Below, piece by piece: positions 48,838 through 60,264 of a stretch of DNA of 64,000 nt. Source of the stretch: Mantamonas sphyraenae STR306 (Eukaryota > Protista > CRuMs); NCBI GenBank assembly GCA_026936335.1, contig JAPMXV010000048.1:3584-67583 (forward strand), read 5' to 3'. The notes below the pieces were generated by a model. It worked only from the letters and a program-made list of their open reading frames with translations. It was not told the DNA's origin and did no database searches. The position numbers and the translations under genes were made by a program. Positions within the stretch are counted from its first letter, which is position 1; each line of letters begins with the position of its first letter.

Positions 48838-51800
48838 AGGTCATTGAACTCCTCACTGCTGTCTGGCTCCCCCTGATCCTTCTCAACCCGCTGGTGTTTT
48901 GCGACGGGGTTCTCGTTGTCATCAAACTCACCCCCTCGGGCGTCTTCATCGCTTCGATCACGCTTGGAAGGTCGATCTGTGGCGTTCAACTCGTCCTGCG
49001 AGTTTGACGGCCCGTACGGCACGTTGACGTCGTACACTGGTAGCTGGGGTAGGGTGACTTCACCGTCCACAGTCCAGACATGGACGTTGCTTTCGTATGG
49101 TTCCAGGACGATGCGAGCATGACCATCAACATCTGTGTCCCTCAGGGGGATTGGGGCGTCGAAATAGTACACGTTCTGCCCGTTGTGCGCTAGGCCTCGC
49201 TCAAGTTGCTGAGCATCAAACGAAGAGCTTTCTGCTGCGCTCCATTTCGCCAGCAACTCTACCATGAATGCTACATCGCACGGGTCTGAGGATCCCATGT
49301 GCATGTCCCGCTGGGCGTTATGGGGACTTCCAAACAGTCTCTTGTTGCTCAACCTATCCTTGGCATGCTGACGCTTGGCGTACTGGTCAAAGTCCTTTTT
49401 GTGCTTGAAAAGAAGCTCCAGATTCGCGACGTAATCTTTGTGCCGTCCGACGGAGACCAAGTTCATCTGCGAGCGCAAGAACGCCTCGTTCACATCGTTC
49501 GGGACGTTTCGCACACGGTTTACCATCTGCACAACCATCATGGGTGATGTTAAGTCGGGTTTCCGCAGAAAAGAGAATGAATCGAACGCCGTGGGCTCGA
49601 CGCTCACTCCTTCAACGATTTTGCTCGTCACAAACGTCGCGTCGTGATCTGCGCAACCTTTTGCCGATTGGCTCCTGGCCATATTGCGGAAAAGCCCTTG
49701 CTTTCTCTCGCTTTGTGCCTTGTGAAAATCGGTCAGCGGAATCCGCTTGAATGTACTCTTGCTCATGGCGTTCAGGTTGCGGACGCTCCGGTCCTGTTCC
49801 GTTTTGTCCACTCCCTTGCCCTTTACCAAGTACACGGTGGGTTTGCGGTCTGTCACAGCGGCTTGGTTTTCGGTGTAGAGCTCGCAGCAGCGTTCAAGGT
49901 CATCCACTGCAGAGAAGATGCGGTAGTCGCGGAGAAACTCCAGGTCAGCCTGTGGACGGTGCTGCCATTCGGCGATCATGCGCTGCAGAAACGTCTCCTG
50001 TGAGCGGTGGATGACCACGTCCATGCCACGTGGCTTTTCTCGTCCGACTACGATGACACGGAAACGCAGATTGCGGTTGGGAACCAGCCTGCGGATGGTG
50101 GAAACCCAAAACGACACCGTCTCCGGCGTCAACTCCGCCGAGGCAAAGTACAGCATCTTGGCTGTGATGAATGTGCGCAAAATACAGCCGAGGGTCGCAT
50201 TAACCGGTGCGTTGTGTGCCAACGTTTGTTCCAGGAGCTTGCTCGGTAGCCGCGCGATCTCGTCGAGATTGACAAACTCAGGCTCCATGTTTTCGTGGTA
50301 CACATGGCGCAGCATGCTCTCCATTGTTGAGACGACGTGTTGCACATCTTCCTTTCTGCGCTTGCCGTTGCGGATGTCATCGTACGAGACGACGCCCGGG
50401 AGGTTGTCCATCAGGCTTGGCAGCAAGGCAGTCCGGTAGATGATGCTCAGCGAGGACTGCAAAAAGGCCGATTCTTTGTCGTCTCCATCTGTGGCATGCA
50501 TAAGGTAATCGGAGTGCAGACGGGCGAGGAGAAGCGACTTACCCAGAGCCGTTGGTGCGCACACAAAATAAACAAGCATCGGCAAATTGCCTTCTGCATC
50601 CTCAATCTCGATATCGTCCTGCCCTTCGTAGTCACGGCGCAGATGATCCATGTCTTGCGAGATTTTGGCCCACACCTCCTTGTCGTCTGCGCGACCGGCA
50701 TGGACAAACACATCCTGCTGATGGATCTTCTCCTTGAGACCATCCAGCCAATCCTTCTCAGCCCTTTCTTTCTCCAAGTCCGACGCCATCGTTCGGGCGG
50801 GCTGTGATTGTATGTTGTACAGGATGGCGCTCATGAGCACAAGCAGCGTGTCCAGGTCCAAGTTGCACAGATCGGGCGACTTTGGTACCTGGGACACCTT
50901 GTGCCGAGGATTCCCTCCACACACAGCCCAGTTTTCGTCTTTCCGTACATACACGTACACCTTTGGCAAACGAGAGAGGGTGACGCGGATTTGTGTCCGC
51001 TCCTCTTGGTCGGTGATGATTAGCCGCACCGCACCGTTGCCAAACGCCGAGCGGCGCACCTGTACATCTGCTTCCTCCCAGGTCTTGTCAAAAGCTCCGC
51101 TTTCGTCTGTGTTCATCGTGTCTGTGGCTGTCTGAGTGTTGCAAGAGTCGCTCGGAAGGCGAGTTGGTATCAGACGCGCAGTCTCCTCCAAGATCCTCCC
51201 CAAATAGCGCAAACCTTCGTGTTGAGCATGCTGGGTGAGAAACGTGGACACGTACTTGTCCAGGGACATTGTGCTCTGCTCGTCGGACGTGTCGAGCCTG
51301 TGCAGCAGCCAGTTTGCCAGCACAGGAGGACACGTTTGTTCAGCTTGCATGGTGTACGGCCACAGAGCACTGGTGGAACTGTACGCTGTCAGTAGCTTGC
51401 TGTAATCCTCGCTCATCACCAATTTCCGCACCGACTTGTTCCAAGCCTTTTGCTGCACTGTCCCCTTGAATCTCTGAAGGACAGTCACAGGGTGGTCGCT
51501 GTTCAAGCCACACATGGAAGGTGAGTGTCGTTCGGGAAGAAGCATTTCAGAGCACACCATGACGCCACCTAGCTTCTTCTCAATTTCCTTCAGGATCCCC
51601 AGCGTGCGCTCTGCGGTGTCCCGATCCACACGCAAATCCACAACCAGCTGGACGCACACAGATGGATCGTCTTTGTCAGCAGAGCGACGGACCATGATGG
51701 TGTACATAACGCTCATGAACTCGATGTCCTCGTCCTCGTATTCGCCGACCAGCTTTTGGAGAAACTCGAGCACCACTTTCTTGGTATGCGTCACGTAAAC

Positions 51801-52343
51801 GCCGTCGTTCTCTTCATCGCCATCATACCGGAAGTGAACTACCAGTTTGTGATCCATGTCTTGGGCATACGTGGCCTCAGCCAGAGGCACGACGTTCTCC
51901 GCTGCATGCTCCTGGTACCATCGCAGCATTTTCTCACAGTACCCGGGGTACTCCATGTTGCCAATACCCATGCGCGCCGTCTCTTCGCCGATTTGTACGT
52001 ACACGGGGCCACCTCTTTTCCTGTACCTGCGTTCGAACATACCAAAGCCCGTGCCGAGTTTACCCTTGCCTTTTCTTTGCGCTGTGCTCGACGGCTCTTC
52101 AGCGTCTTCCCCAATCCCAACTTTGACTGTAGTGTTGTCTACATCGACTACAATCTCATTCACAGCCTCGTTGCTACCCCTCACAGGCTCGTTGCTACCC
52201 CTCACAGGCTCCACTTGTGTGGCCGGATGGTTGTGCACAGCGAGGGTGCTCTCGGCCGACGGCAGTCCAGTGTCAGTTTCCAGCTCCATGCCATCGACTG
52301 TAGCCTCATTCTTGGCTTCAGACCGGCTGTCAGACCCCTGCAT
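47466..52343 (-). CDS. UL9-like replication origin-binding SF2 helicase (~1625 aa from ATG 52343; ORF open to 52502)
   Basis: Motifs in order: CAPTALGKS (I), IYRTALL (Ia), STMESMLRH (Ib), VNLDEI (II), FASAEL (III), VTSKIVEGVSV (V), MVVQMVNRVR (VI). These parallel HSV UL9 RAPMGSGKT, SCRRSF, QVESLHRV, LDEV, MDAT, YTTVVTVGLSF, VYQSLGRVR (recalled from memory). Confidence 0.8.
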
Positions 52344-52597
52344 ATCCCCACTGAGCGAAATCTTGATTGGTTGGGGGTGACGGCGCATCACGAACAGGAA
52401 AACATACTCGCCTATCGAGTGCTCCAACCGATGCCGCTGGTGTCCGGACCTGGTCCTGCACGCTGCTTCATCAACCAGGAGGTACCAACTCATCACACAC
52501 ACACATACGCCAGCTAGGCTGACTTTTGCGAGCTGGTGCCCGTACTGTTTAGCATCACTGTGTCAAGAACAAGGAAATTATAAAGCCCACCTTCTTT

Positions 52598-53206
52598 TTA
52601 TGCTTCTGCTTCATCGTCTGGGATGGAACGTCGGTTGCGCCGGCGGGGGAGAATTATCTCGTCATCGTCATCTCCAGAGTCGTCCACATCGCTTCCGGAG
52701 TAGCATGAGCTGTTTAAATCGTCAACATCCACATCCAAGTCACTCCAGTTGGCATAGCCGTAGTTGTCCTCCTCATCAGACCCCTCGTTGTAGTACCACT
52801 GATCGTCCTCATCTTCCTCACTCGTCCAACGGTTCTCGTCCTCCTCGTCACTGCTTGTAAGCTCAATGCACTCCAAAAACTCGTCGTCATCCGCAATAAA
52901 CTGCCTCATCTCCTCCTCCTCCTCCGAGTCCATAATCTCCTCCTCCTCAAATTCGTCATCAATAAAACGGAACCCGTACCCCCCTACTCCACTGATGGTT
53001 TCACCCCTATCTTCCTCGGCCTCATCATCTATTCCTTCTTCCAGTTCGTACCCGCTGCGGTAGTCTGCATCGTTGTCATCGACAACAATGTTGTGGTCAT
53101 CATCGCCATCGTTCATCGTTGGTGTGTTCAACGAACCGATTGCACCACTCGGCATCGAACCAGAGCACTTGTTTTCAGAATCACCTTTAATTGACTGATG
53201 GGTCAT
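52598..53206 (-). CDS. Small highly acidic protein, right copy
   Basis: Mirror of 7128-7736. Confidence 0.7.
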   Translation of the reverse strand: MTHQSIKGDSENKCSGSMPSGAIGSLNTPTMNDGDDDHNIVVDDNDADYRSGYELEEGIDDEAEEDRGETISGVGGYGFRFIDDEFEEEEIMDSEEEEEMRQFIADDDEFLECIELTSSDEEDENRWTSEEDEDDQWYYNEGSDEEDNYGYANWSDLDVDVDDLNSSCYSGSDVDDSGDDDDEIILPRRRNRRSIPDDEAEA

Positions 53207-53368
53207 TTGGCGAACTACACAACGTTATCTTGGCACAGCTGGAGCATTGCGAGGCACATCTGCTCGCGAGACTACCAATTGGTTTAACGTTACCAAAGTA
53301 CAATACAACACCACAACAATACGATACAGACAGTTTTTGTTCACATGACCTTGGACATCTTCACCGAT

Positions 53369-53724
53369 GGGTGGTTCCTGACGATGACCCGGGGTCCGGA
53401 CTCGAGCTTCATCGTGAAAACCACACTTCTCACCCAGCCGACCCCACCTCTCAAAAAAAAAAATCATAGGATGGTATATATATACAACTTTTTTTTTTCG
53501 CCACACGACCTTGGGTGGTTCCTGACGATGACCCGGGGTCCGGACCTGAGCTTCATCGTGAAAACCACACTTCTCACCCAGCCGAGGCAAGACCACCCCA
53601 CCTCTCCAAAAAAAAAAAATTCATAGGATGGTATATATATACAACTTTTTTTTTTCGCCACACGACCTTGGGTGGTTCCTGACGATGACCCGGGGTCCGG
53701 ACCTGAGCTTCATCGTGAAAACCA
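53369..53724. repeat. Palindromic-box/AT-rich array, right copy (candidate origin)
   Basis: Reverse complement of 6609-6965; differs only in and next to the homopolymer tracts. Confidence 0.9.
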
Positions 53725-53823
53725 GTTGGTCGAACGCTCATGGGCTGGCTCACAGTGTCTGAAGCCATGGAGCCACAATGCGGTGTTTGGCATCGTCTAC
53801 AATACACTAGAGCAGAGGCACGT

Positions 53824-56451
53824 TCATTCGACAATCATCTCCGCGCTTTGTTTTTCTCTGTGAGAGATGGCCTTGCGGAGTGCAGCCACAAACGTCTTTG
53901 TGGTGGGCCCAATATAGCCTTCGTTTTCAACCGCCTTGGATCCTTGCATGAGTAAATCCAGGGCCTTCAACATTCTCACGTTGGTCTGTTTGCTCAGCGT
54001 CTCGCAGAGCTTGTCTTCATCGTCAGTTTCGTCGACATCCAGCAACGGGTAGAGAAACAACCCACGCTTGCAGCGAGTCAAAGCAACGTAAACGAGGTTC
54101 AACGACTCGTCCGCGTTACCTTGCGTGCTGGCAAACAGGTCAACGAGTCCGAGGATGTGCACATTCCCGCGATCGGCCCCCTTAGCTTTGTGTACCGTCG
54201 AGATCTGGATCTTGAAGAGTCCGTTGCCATCCATGGCGTCTGCTGGAGCGTGCATAAAGTCGTTGAAGCGCTGCTGGAGTTCGTGTACCCCCTGCTCATG
54301 AACGAGATCATCCCGCTGCAAGTACCGCCACCCTCGCACAAGAGCCACAGTTCGCAACATCATCGACACCCTGCGGTTCGCACCTCTGATGCTCCTGAAG
54401 AACTGCTGGACGTCCTGGCGAGTGTCGAAGCGACCGACCACGGCTGTGCGGCCAACGCCCTCCGTGTCGGCAACTTCTTCGGGTCCGAGCATCACCTGCA
54501 ACTCGCGTTCGACGAACCCCTGCGCGGTAGATCGCCACTCTTCCACATTCGTATGTTCTTCTGAGCCCCCGTGTTTGCTCCACCGACACTGGAGCTCAGT
54601 GCAAACTTGGGCGTACTCGTGGCCGCGATTGTCTGCAAGGAAGAATTGGTCGTACACAGCCAGCAACACACACTGCTCCTGGTTGTTGCGTACGATCAAT
54701 AGGTCATCGTTTTCTGCCGTGGTCGCTCGGGGCAGCTCCTCGCGCGGCCCAAACGTACCTTGCGCAACGACGTCCTTGTCAAACTCGATTGGGGTGCCCA
54801 ACGTCTCCAGCACTGGTGCCATCTTGGAAAACACGCGACGTGTGAGTTTCAGCTCCAGGGTGTTCGTTCGCATCCCCTGGTTCGAGGCTTCCTCTTTCAG
54901 AGTGGCAAGCGCCGTTGGTGCCGCTCCTAGTGACAGGTTGATGGCCTGGCGCTTGTCGCCAAACACTGCAAGTATGCTGCCCTTCTTTTCCGTCATGCGG
55001 CGGGCAAATTCGATCATGGCGGGAGTGCAGTCCTGTGCTTCGTCCACAATGAGCAGAGGGGCCACCATGTGCTTCTGCGGCAAGGAATCTGCGCCTGTGA
55101 TGTTTGCCACGTACACCGCATCTGGCATTGACACAATGCTTGTCATGTTGTTGGCAAACAGCTCGGCTGGCTTCAGCACCAGGCACACGAGCTCGGTCAG
55201 CACGCCCCGCTCAAACTCTGCCCCAAGCGCCTTTTTTTCCAGTCCAGAGTGAGTGCGCAGATTGCGTTCCGTGTTGATCATGTGGTATACTTCACTCTTG
55301 TCGTTGCCAATGTTCATCTGCATGCAAGCCTGGCTGTAGAACTCAACCAGCGTTCGCAGCACCTTTTGCTCGACGCTCCTGACCAGCGGCGCATACTGCT
55401 GACAGCACTGTGTCAACACAGGCTTGGCAAACTTTACAATGTTTTGGTAGTGTCTCTGACACATGTCCCGAATTTCCTGGTTGTTGGTGCTTGCCTTGGA
55501 CGCGTCGGCTCGTTTGACAAATTCGTTCGTAAGCTTGGTCACGTTTTCGCATAGGTACGAGTCAATGCGCTCATCGTCGATCTTCATGCCCTGTTGCATG
55601 TCAGCGCTCGCTCTGCACAGTACCTGCACAAAGTATCTCGGAAGAACCGAGCTCGAAGAGCTCGAATCAAACGTCACCGCTCCCTTTGCATGACTGCCCA
55701 AATCGCTCATGGCCTTGGAATGGAAAGTGCACACGTGCACACCATCGTCACTCCGCTTTGCCGCCACCTTGACTCCAGCTCGCTCGAGTGCCTCCTTCAA
55801 ATCGTTCGCGTTGGCGCGGTTGAACACCAGCACATACAGAGCTCGGTCGGTCGTCCACCGATTCTCTCCACCCTCTTCTCTGAGGACTTCCTTCACAATA
55901 ACCCTGATCACAGTCGACTTGCCCGCACCCGGCACTGCCTCAATCACAAGCCCCACCGCGTCCTTCTTTCGCGTCGCGGCCACTATCAAATCGACAAGCT
56001 CCCTCTGATCCCTGCTCAATGGCCTCTCTGTTGCTCTGCAAACATCTCCAGCCGATGCGGATGACGAGCAAGGCTGATCCAGGTGCTGCGTCGAGTCTGA
56101 AACGGCGCTCGCGTCTACTTCGTCCATGCGCCATGCCCGTGGGGGTTAGTTATTGTTGTAGAGGTGTTTATGTTTTACCAACCACGTAATTTGGAACCGT
56201 GTGTGGACGTTTGGGGGGCACGTACCAAGGTCAATGCGAGCCTGTTTCTTTGGCTGGGGCAGTGCCGCTGCAACTGTCGAAATCCACTCGTCCTCCTGGT
56301 ACGACTCCTCAATACTTGCTGAACGTGCACGTTTGCGCCCTTCTTCGTCGTGGGGCTGTGAACCTGCATCGGGCTGGCTCGTTTCGTCTGCCAGGACAAT
56401 GTCACCAACACTCTCATCGACAGGGTCGATTTCCGGGATATCGATGTCCAT
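53824..56451 (-). CDS. UvrD/REP-like SF1A helicase (~840 aa with upstream exon)
   Basis: LSRDQ (Q), EAVPGAGKST (I), VFNR (Ia), TFHS, IVDEAQD (II), GDKRQAI (III), TRR (IV), STVHKAKG (V), YVALTRCK (VI); exon 1 56451-56226. Confidence 0.92.
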
Positions 56452-56675
56452 GATTGCTTGTTTGCGTCTTGTGAGTGATCGAGCGGATTACTGTGACGTG
56501 CAAAGTGCAATCGCGTTGAGTTGCCTCAGACGGGGCAACCACGAGCTGCAGACCAAGTTGGACCGACAGGGCCACAGTGATGCTCCCACGCCCCTCAGAG
56601 CTTCCTCCATGCCCACACAGGTCGACACATCCATCTGTCAACCAGTAGTCCATGTATGGTCCCTGTTTGTGGTTT

Positions 56676-56990
56676 GTTTCGTGGTCCCGGACTTGGTCCG
56701 GACTGGACCTTCATCGAAACCTCCAGTCACACGAATTGATGAGGTGAAATGAAAAGCCAAAAAAATCAAAATACACCCGATTTTACGATGACCAGTGGGT
56801 CCGGACCTGGTCCGGGCCCAGGCTTCATCGCAAAACCAATCACAATCCACAGTGTGTGTGACCAAAGAGTGTGTTGGTACATGTGCGGAACTGTCCTCCC
56901 AGGACTTGGTCCAGGACTCACTGATATCGAAAGCGGTGAGCGAAACGACACGAACCCGACGATGAGAGTGGTCCCGGGCGAGGTCCAACC
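56676..56990. promoter_or_regulatory. Divergent intergenic region with GGTCCGGACC hairpins, right copy
   Basis: Mirror of 3345-3660. Confidence 0.55.
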
Positions 56991-57155
56991 AGGCCCACCA
57001 CCTTGATTGGGTGAAAGGTGTACACCTCCTTGTGAACCACACAAGTCGTGGGCGCTGTGGGCTCCGTCGTCGATACGTTGATTACGTTGAGCAAGAGGAC
57101 AAAGGGGCCAAGCAAGTTGCGCAGAACCCACCAAAGCCGCCCTTTGTTCTGCTCC

Positions 57156-60100
57156 ATGGAGAACAGTGAGCAACAGGAGGGCAATGTTTGGGGAGCCACA
57201 CATCGTAGAGATAGACCTGCAGCATCACGTAAACGCAAGAGGTCCGCCAAGCACCAGCGACGCAAGGGGGGTGGCCGATTTGGCGTCCAGGTGGCTGCGC
57301 AGCAAGTGCCCATCCGGCTCGGGGACCAAGAACAAGAGCAAGAAGAGGAGCCGCAGAGCATTGACCCTGTAACTGACCACGCACCTAAGCGGTCCCGGGT
57401 AGAGTCTACCCCATCTGCATCTTCGAGCTCCAGCTCCAGCTCCAGCTCCGAGACCCCAAACGGCACGGTGGGTTTCCCCTCTTGCAACCTCCATCCCGGC
57501 CCAGGTCATGCACTCACACGTACCGAATGCGCGCATGTGTGGACATCCTGTGCCCGTCGCCACTACTTGCAGCCCAATGGTGACCAACAGGCCCCTGCTT
57601 CACCTTCAAAGCACCAGCTGCCTGACAAGCACACATACGAGAGCATCACCTTGGAGCTGATCGAAGATATCAACAAGAACGAGCTCACACACCTAGGACC
57701 CAATGCTAAGCACCCCAAGAGCAACCTAGTTGCCGCTTTTCAACAGTATCAAGGCGGCGAGGTAACCCCTGGTCAAGTGAAAGCGCTCGTGTGGGCGGCC
57801 GCCTCAGCATCACTGGACCTCCCGCCTCCCGAGCCCCTGCTTACCTCCTACGAGAAATTGAGGCAATTTGTCAACAGTGCATATGTGTGTACATCAAACA
57901 TGTCTTCAGCCCAGTGGGATTTGGTGGTCTATGCAAGTTTCTCGGGGCTGATCCCGCTCACAGTGCTCTGGGAACACACTGGGTGCCACTCCTGGACCTA
58001 CTATGGAGGTATGAATCGCAATATCATTCGACCTGCATTCCACCTCACGGATGTTCGCATTGACAGCACACCGGCTTTGGAAGTTGACGAGCGACGTTTG
58101 ATGAGCGTGGAGCTGGAGGCAGCCACCCTTGTTCAGGCCAAGCTGCTCTCGCTGGACAAAGAGAATGAGCAGGAAAGAGAGACACTGGAAGCGCTCGCAG
58201 AGAACTGGATGTCGTCCATTGAAGAGCTTTTACACCAGCGTGGAGGCAACAAAAAGGAGCCGCTGTGGGTTCATGGTTCGAGCTGCAAACTCACCTCTGA
58301 GCCAGAGAGTGTCATCAACAAATACTGTCAAACGTTTCTTGAGAACAACAGTCAGGAGAGGGTCGATATTGTGGAGACACTAATCTGCTTCTGGATGGAC
58401 CCCAAACACGGTGCCAACGCAACACGGTTTCGCGAGTTCCCGTCGATGCGCTCGAGTCTGATTGCCACCACCAATCCACAGACCCTCTGCAAGGCGGCTC
58501 TGCTTGCCCAGCGGGTGACTGCTGAGCACCAGGAGAACCTGACAAAGGCTCGCCAGTTTGCGGATGAAATTCGTTCCCAGGCGAGGAGCGACAGCGCGTC
58601 TGAGGACGAATTGGCCATACTCACGTGCTTGGCATTTGTGGGTGTAGTCCCGCTGTGCAAACTTGGCGCTTGGTACAAAGACGTGGAAGAACACGTCCTC
58701 GTGCCCGTTTTCGACAAGCTCGAGTCCATCGAACCCTTCCACGATTACCCCCTACCGCTCCAAATTCTGTTGGAAACTGAGCTACATCGTGCCCATGAAC
58801 TTCATGCACACGCTTTTCAGCAAGATCAGGACGCTGCAGCCGCCAACACGAACGACTGCGAGCGAACAGTGCTGCGCAAGGCCTGGCGGAACTCCTTGGT
58901 TGGCTTGCTCGAACGACAGCACGACGCGTGGGAACACAATGTCAAAGCCATGAACGGCTACAGTGTCACCTCAGACTATTGTGTACAGTGCCTGATTCGA
59001 TCGGACCGAGCAGCCCCCCACCACGGCGTGCCGATTGCCCGAGCTATCACATGTTCATGGGTCCACCACATCGCTCAGAAGAAGCAAGTCGCCAAGTTGG
59101 CTGCACATGCCGTGTACCGCTTTGCGGCGACCGCCTGGATGTCGCCACGTGCCTATCTCAGCAGCAACATGCACAAGACATCGACGGCAACCGAACACAC
59201 AAGCATCTGTCGCCCACTCCTTTGGATCCACTGCTTCGACAGCGACGCCGGCCTTCTTCTGTGGGATCCAAAGCCATCGGGTCGCGCTTCAAGCTCCTCT
59301 TTGAACAACAGCGAGCACCCTGGCGCCTTTGCGTGGATGGCCAAACAACCCTTCTGTCCGGCCACCTGCCCTGTTGCAGCCAATCTCGACGCCGCCCTGA
59401 TGGCTCAGAACGCCTTTCCCTGCCTCACCTATGACACAGCCAAAGAATCTGTCCCTCTCATGGAACCACGACAATGGCGTGCTCGTATGAAGAGGGCCTG
59501 GACTGTGCGCAACCACTACGTGTACCCACGCTTCGCACTCAAACTTGCCTGGCTCTTGCACTGGCGGCTGCAGAATCTTTCCCCCCATCCGCAGGTCAGT
59601 GAGGACTCGTCCGACGAGGAAGACCGCCATGGCTCCGCTGGCAACACAGAATCCAATGGACCCTTGGATCACCTGCAGCAACTCCGCAAGGACTCCTGGC
59701 CCTCCACACGCGTGCAAGGGACAGTGCTCCACGAATGGGAGATCATCAACCTCCCGCACGTTTTTGCAAACCTCATCGACCACAGCACTCTCAAAGCACT
59801 CACAAAGAGCCGCGCGTCAAACAACGCAAACCGTTCGCGTTCCAAAACTCGCGTGCCCAGAGAAGTCAAGTACTTGTCCGTTTTGGAAGGCAAAGACACC
59901 ATCGACGCAAACCAAGCTGTTTCCGTACGAGGCCACGTGGTGGGAGCTCGGCTCGGTTCTCTTTGATCGTGAGTACTCTCGCTGCACCGCAGACTACCGT
60001 GCCCTCCGTTCCCGCCTGAAAGATCTCCCCTTCCCTTGGGTCCCTCCTTCCTATTCGGACGACGACGACGATTTGATTGACTGCCGCGAGCGCTGGGACA

Positions 60101-60264
60101 CGGTCACCGACAAACTCCTCCCGTCGATGATCCAGCTTTTTCTGCGCAACAAGAGCGCCTCCGTGTCCACAAACACGACGCATCCAACAGAACAGGACTG
60201 CTGGCCACAAACAGGCATCCGGCCCATGCCGACAGACCCCTGGAATGACTATGCCGATATCTAG
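57156..60264 (+). CDS. Large orphan protein (>=1000 aa) with internal duplicated helical domain; 3' part frameshifted, may extend to ~61100
   Basis: 972 aa ORF continued in overlapping frames (59545-60264, 60245-60442, 60270-61091); N-terminal RKRKRSAKHQRRK and KRSRVE. Confidence 0.65.

Noticed and set aside
53369-53425. Hammerhead ribozyme (CTGACGA...GAAA within the palindromic box)
   Set aside because: Stem II would be closed by T-T, the CTGACGA core overlaps the main hairpin stem, and no stem I or NUH site is correctly placed; better explained as a DNA palindrome.
53824-56451. Helitron RepHel
   Set aside because: The helicase is UvrD-type (DEAQD, GDxxQAI, HKAKG) rather than Pif1-type; no HUH Rep domain or CTRR end was seen.
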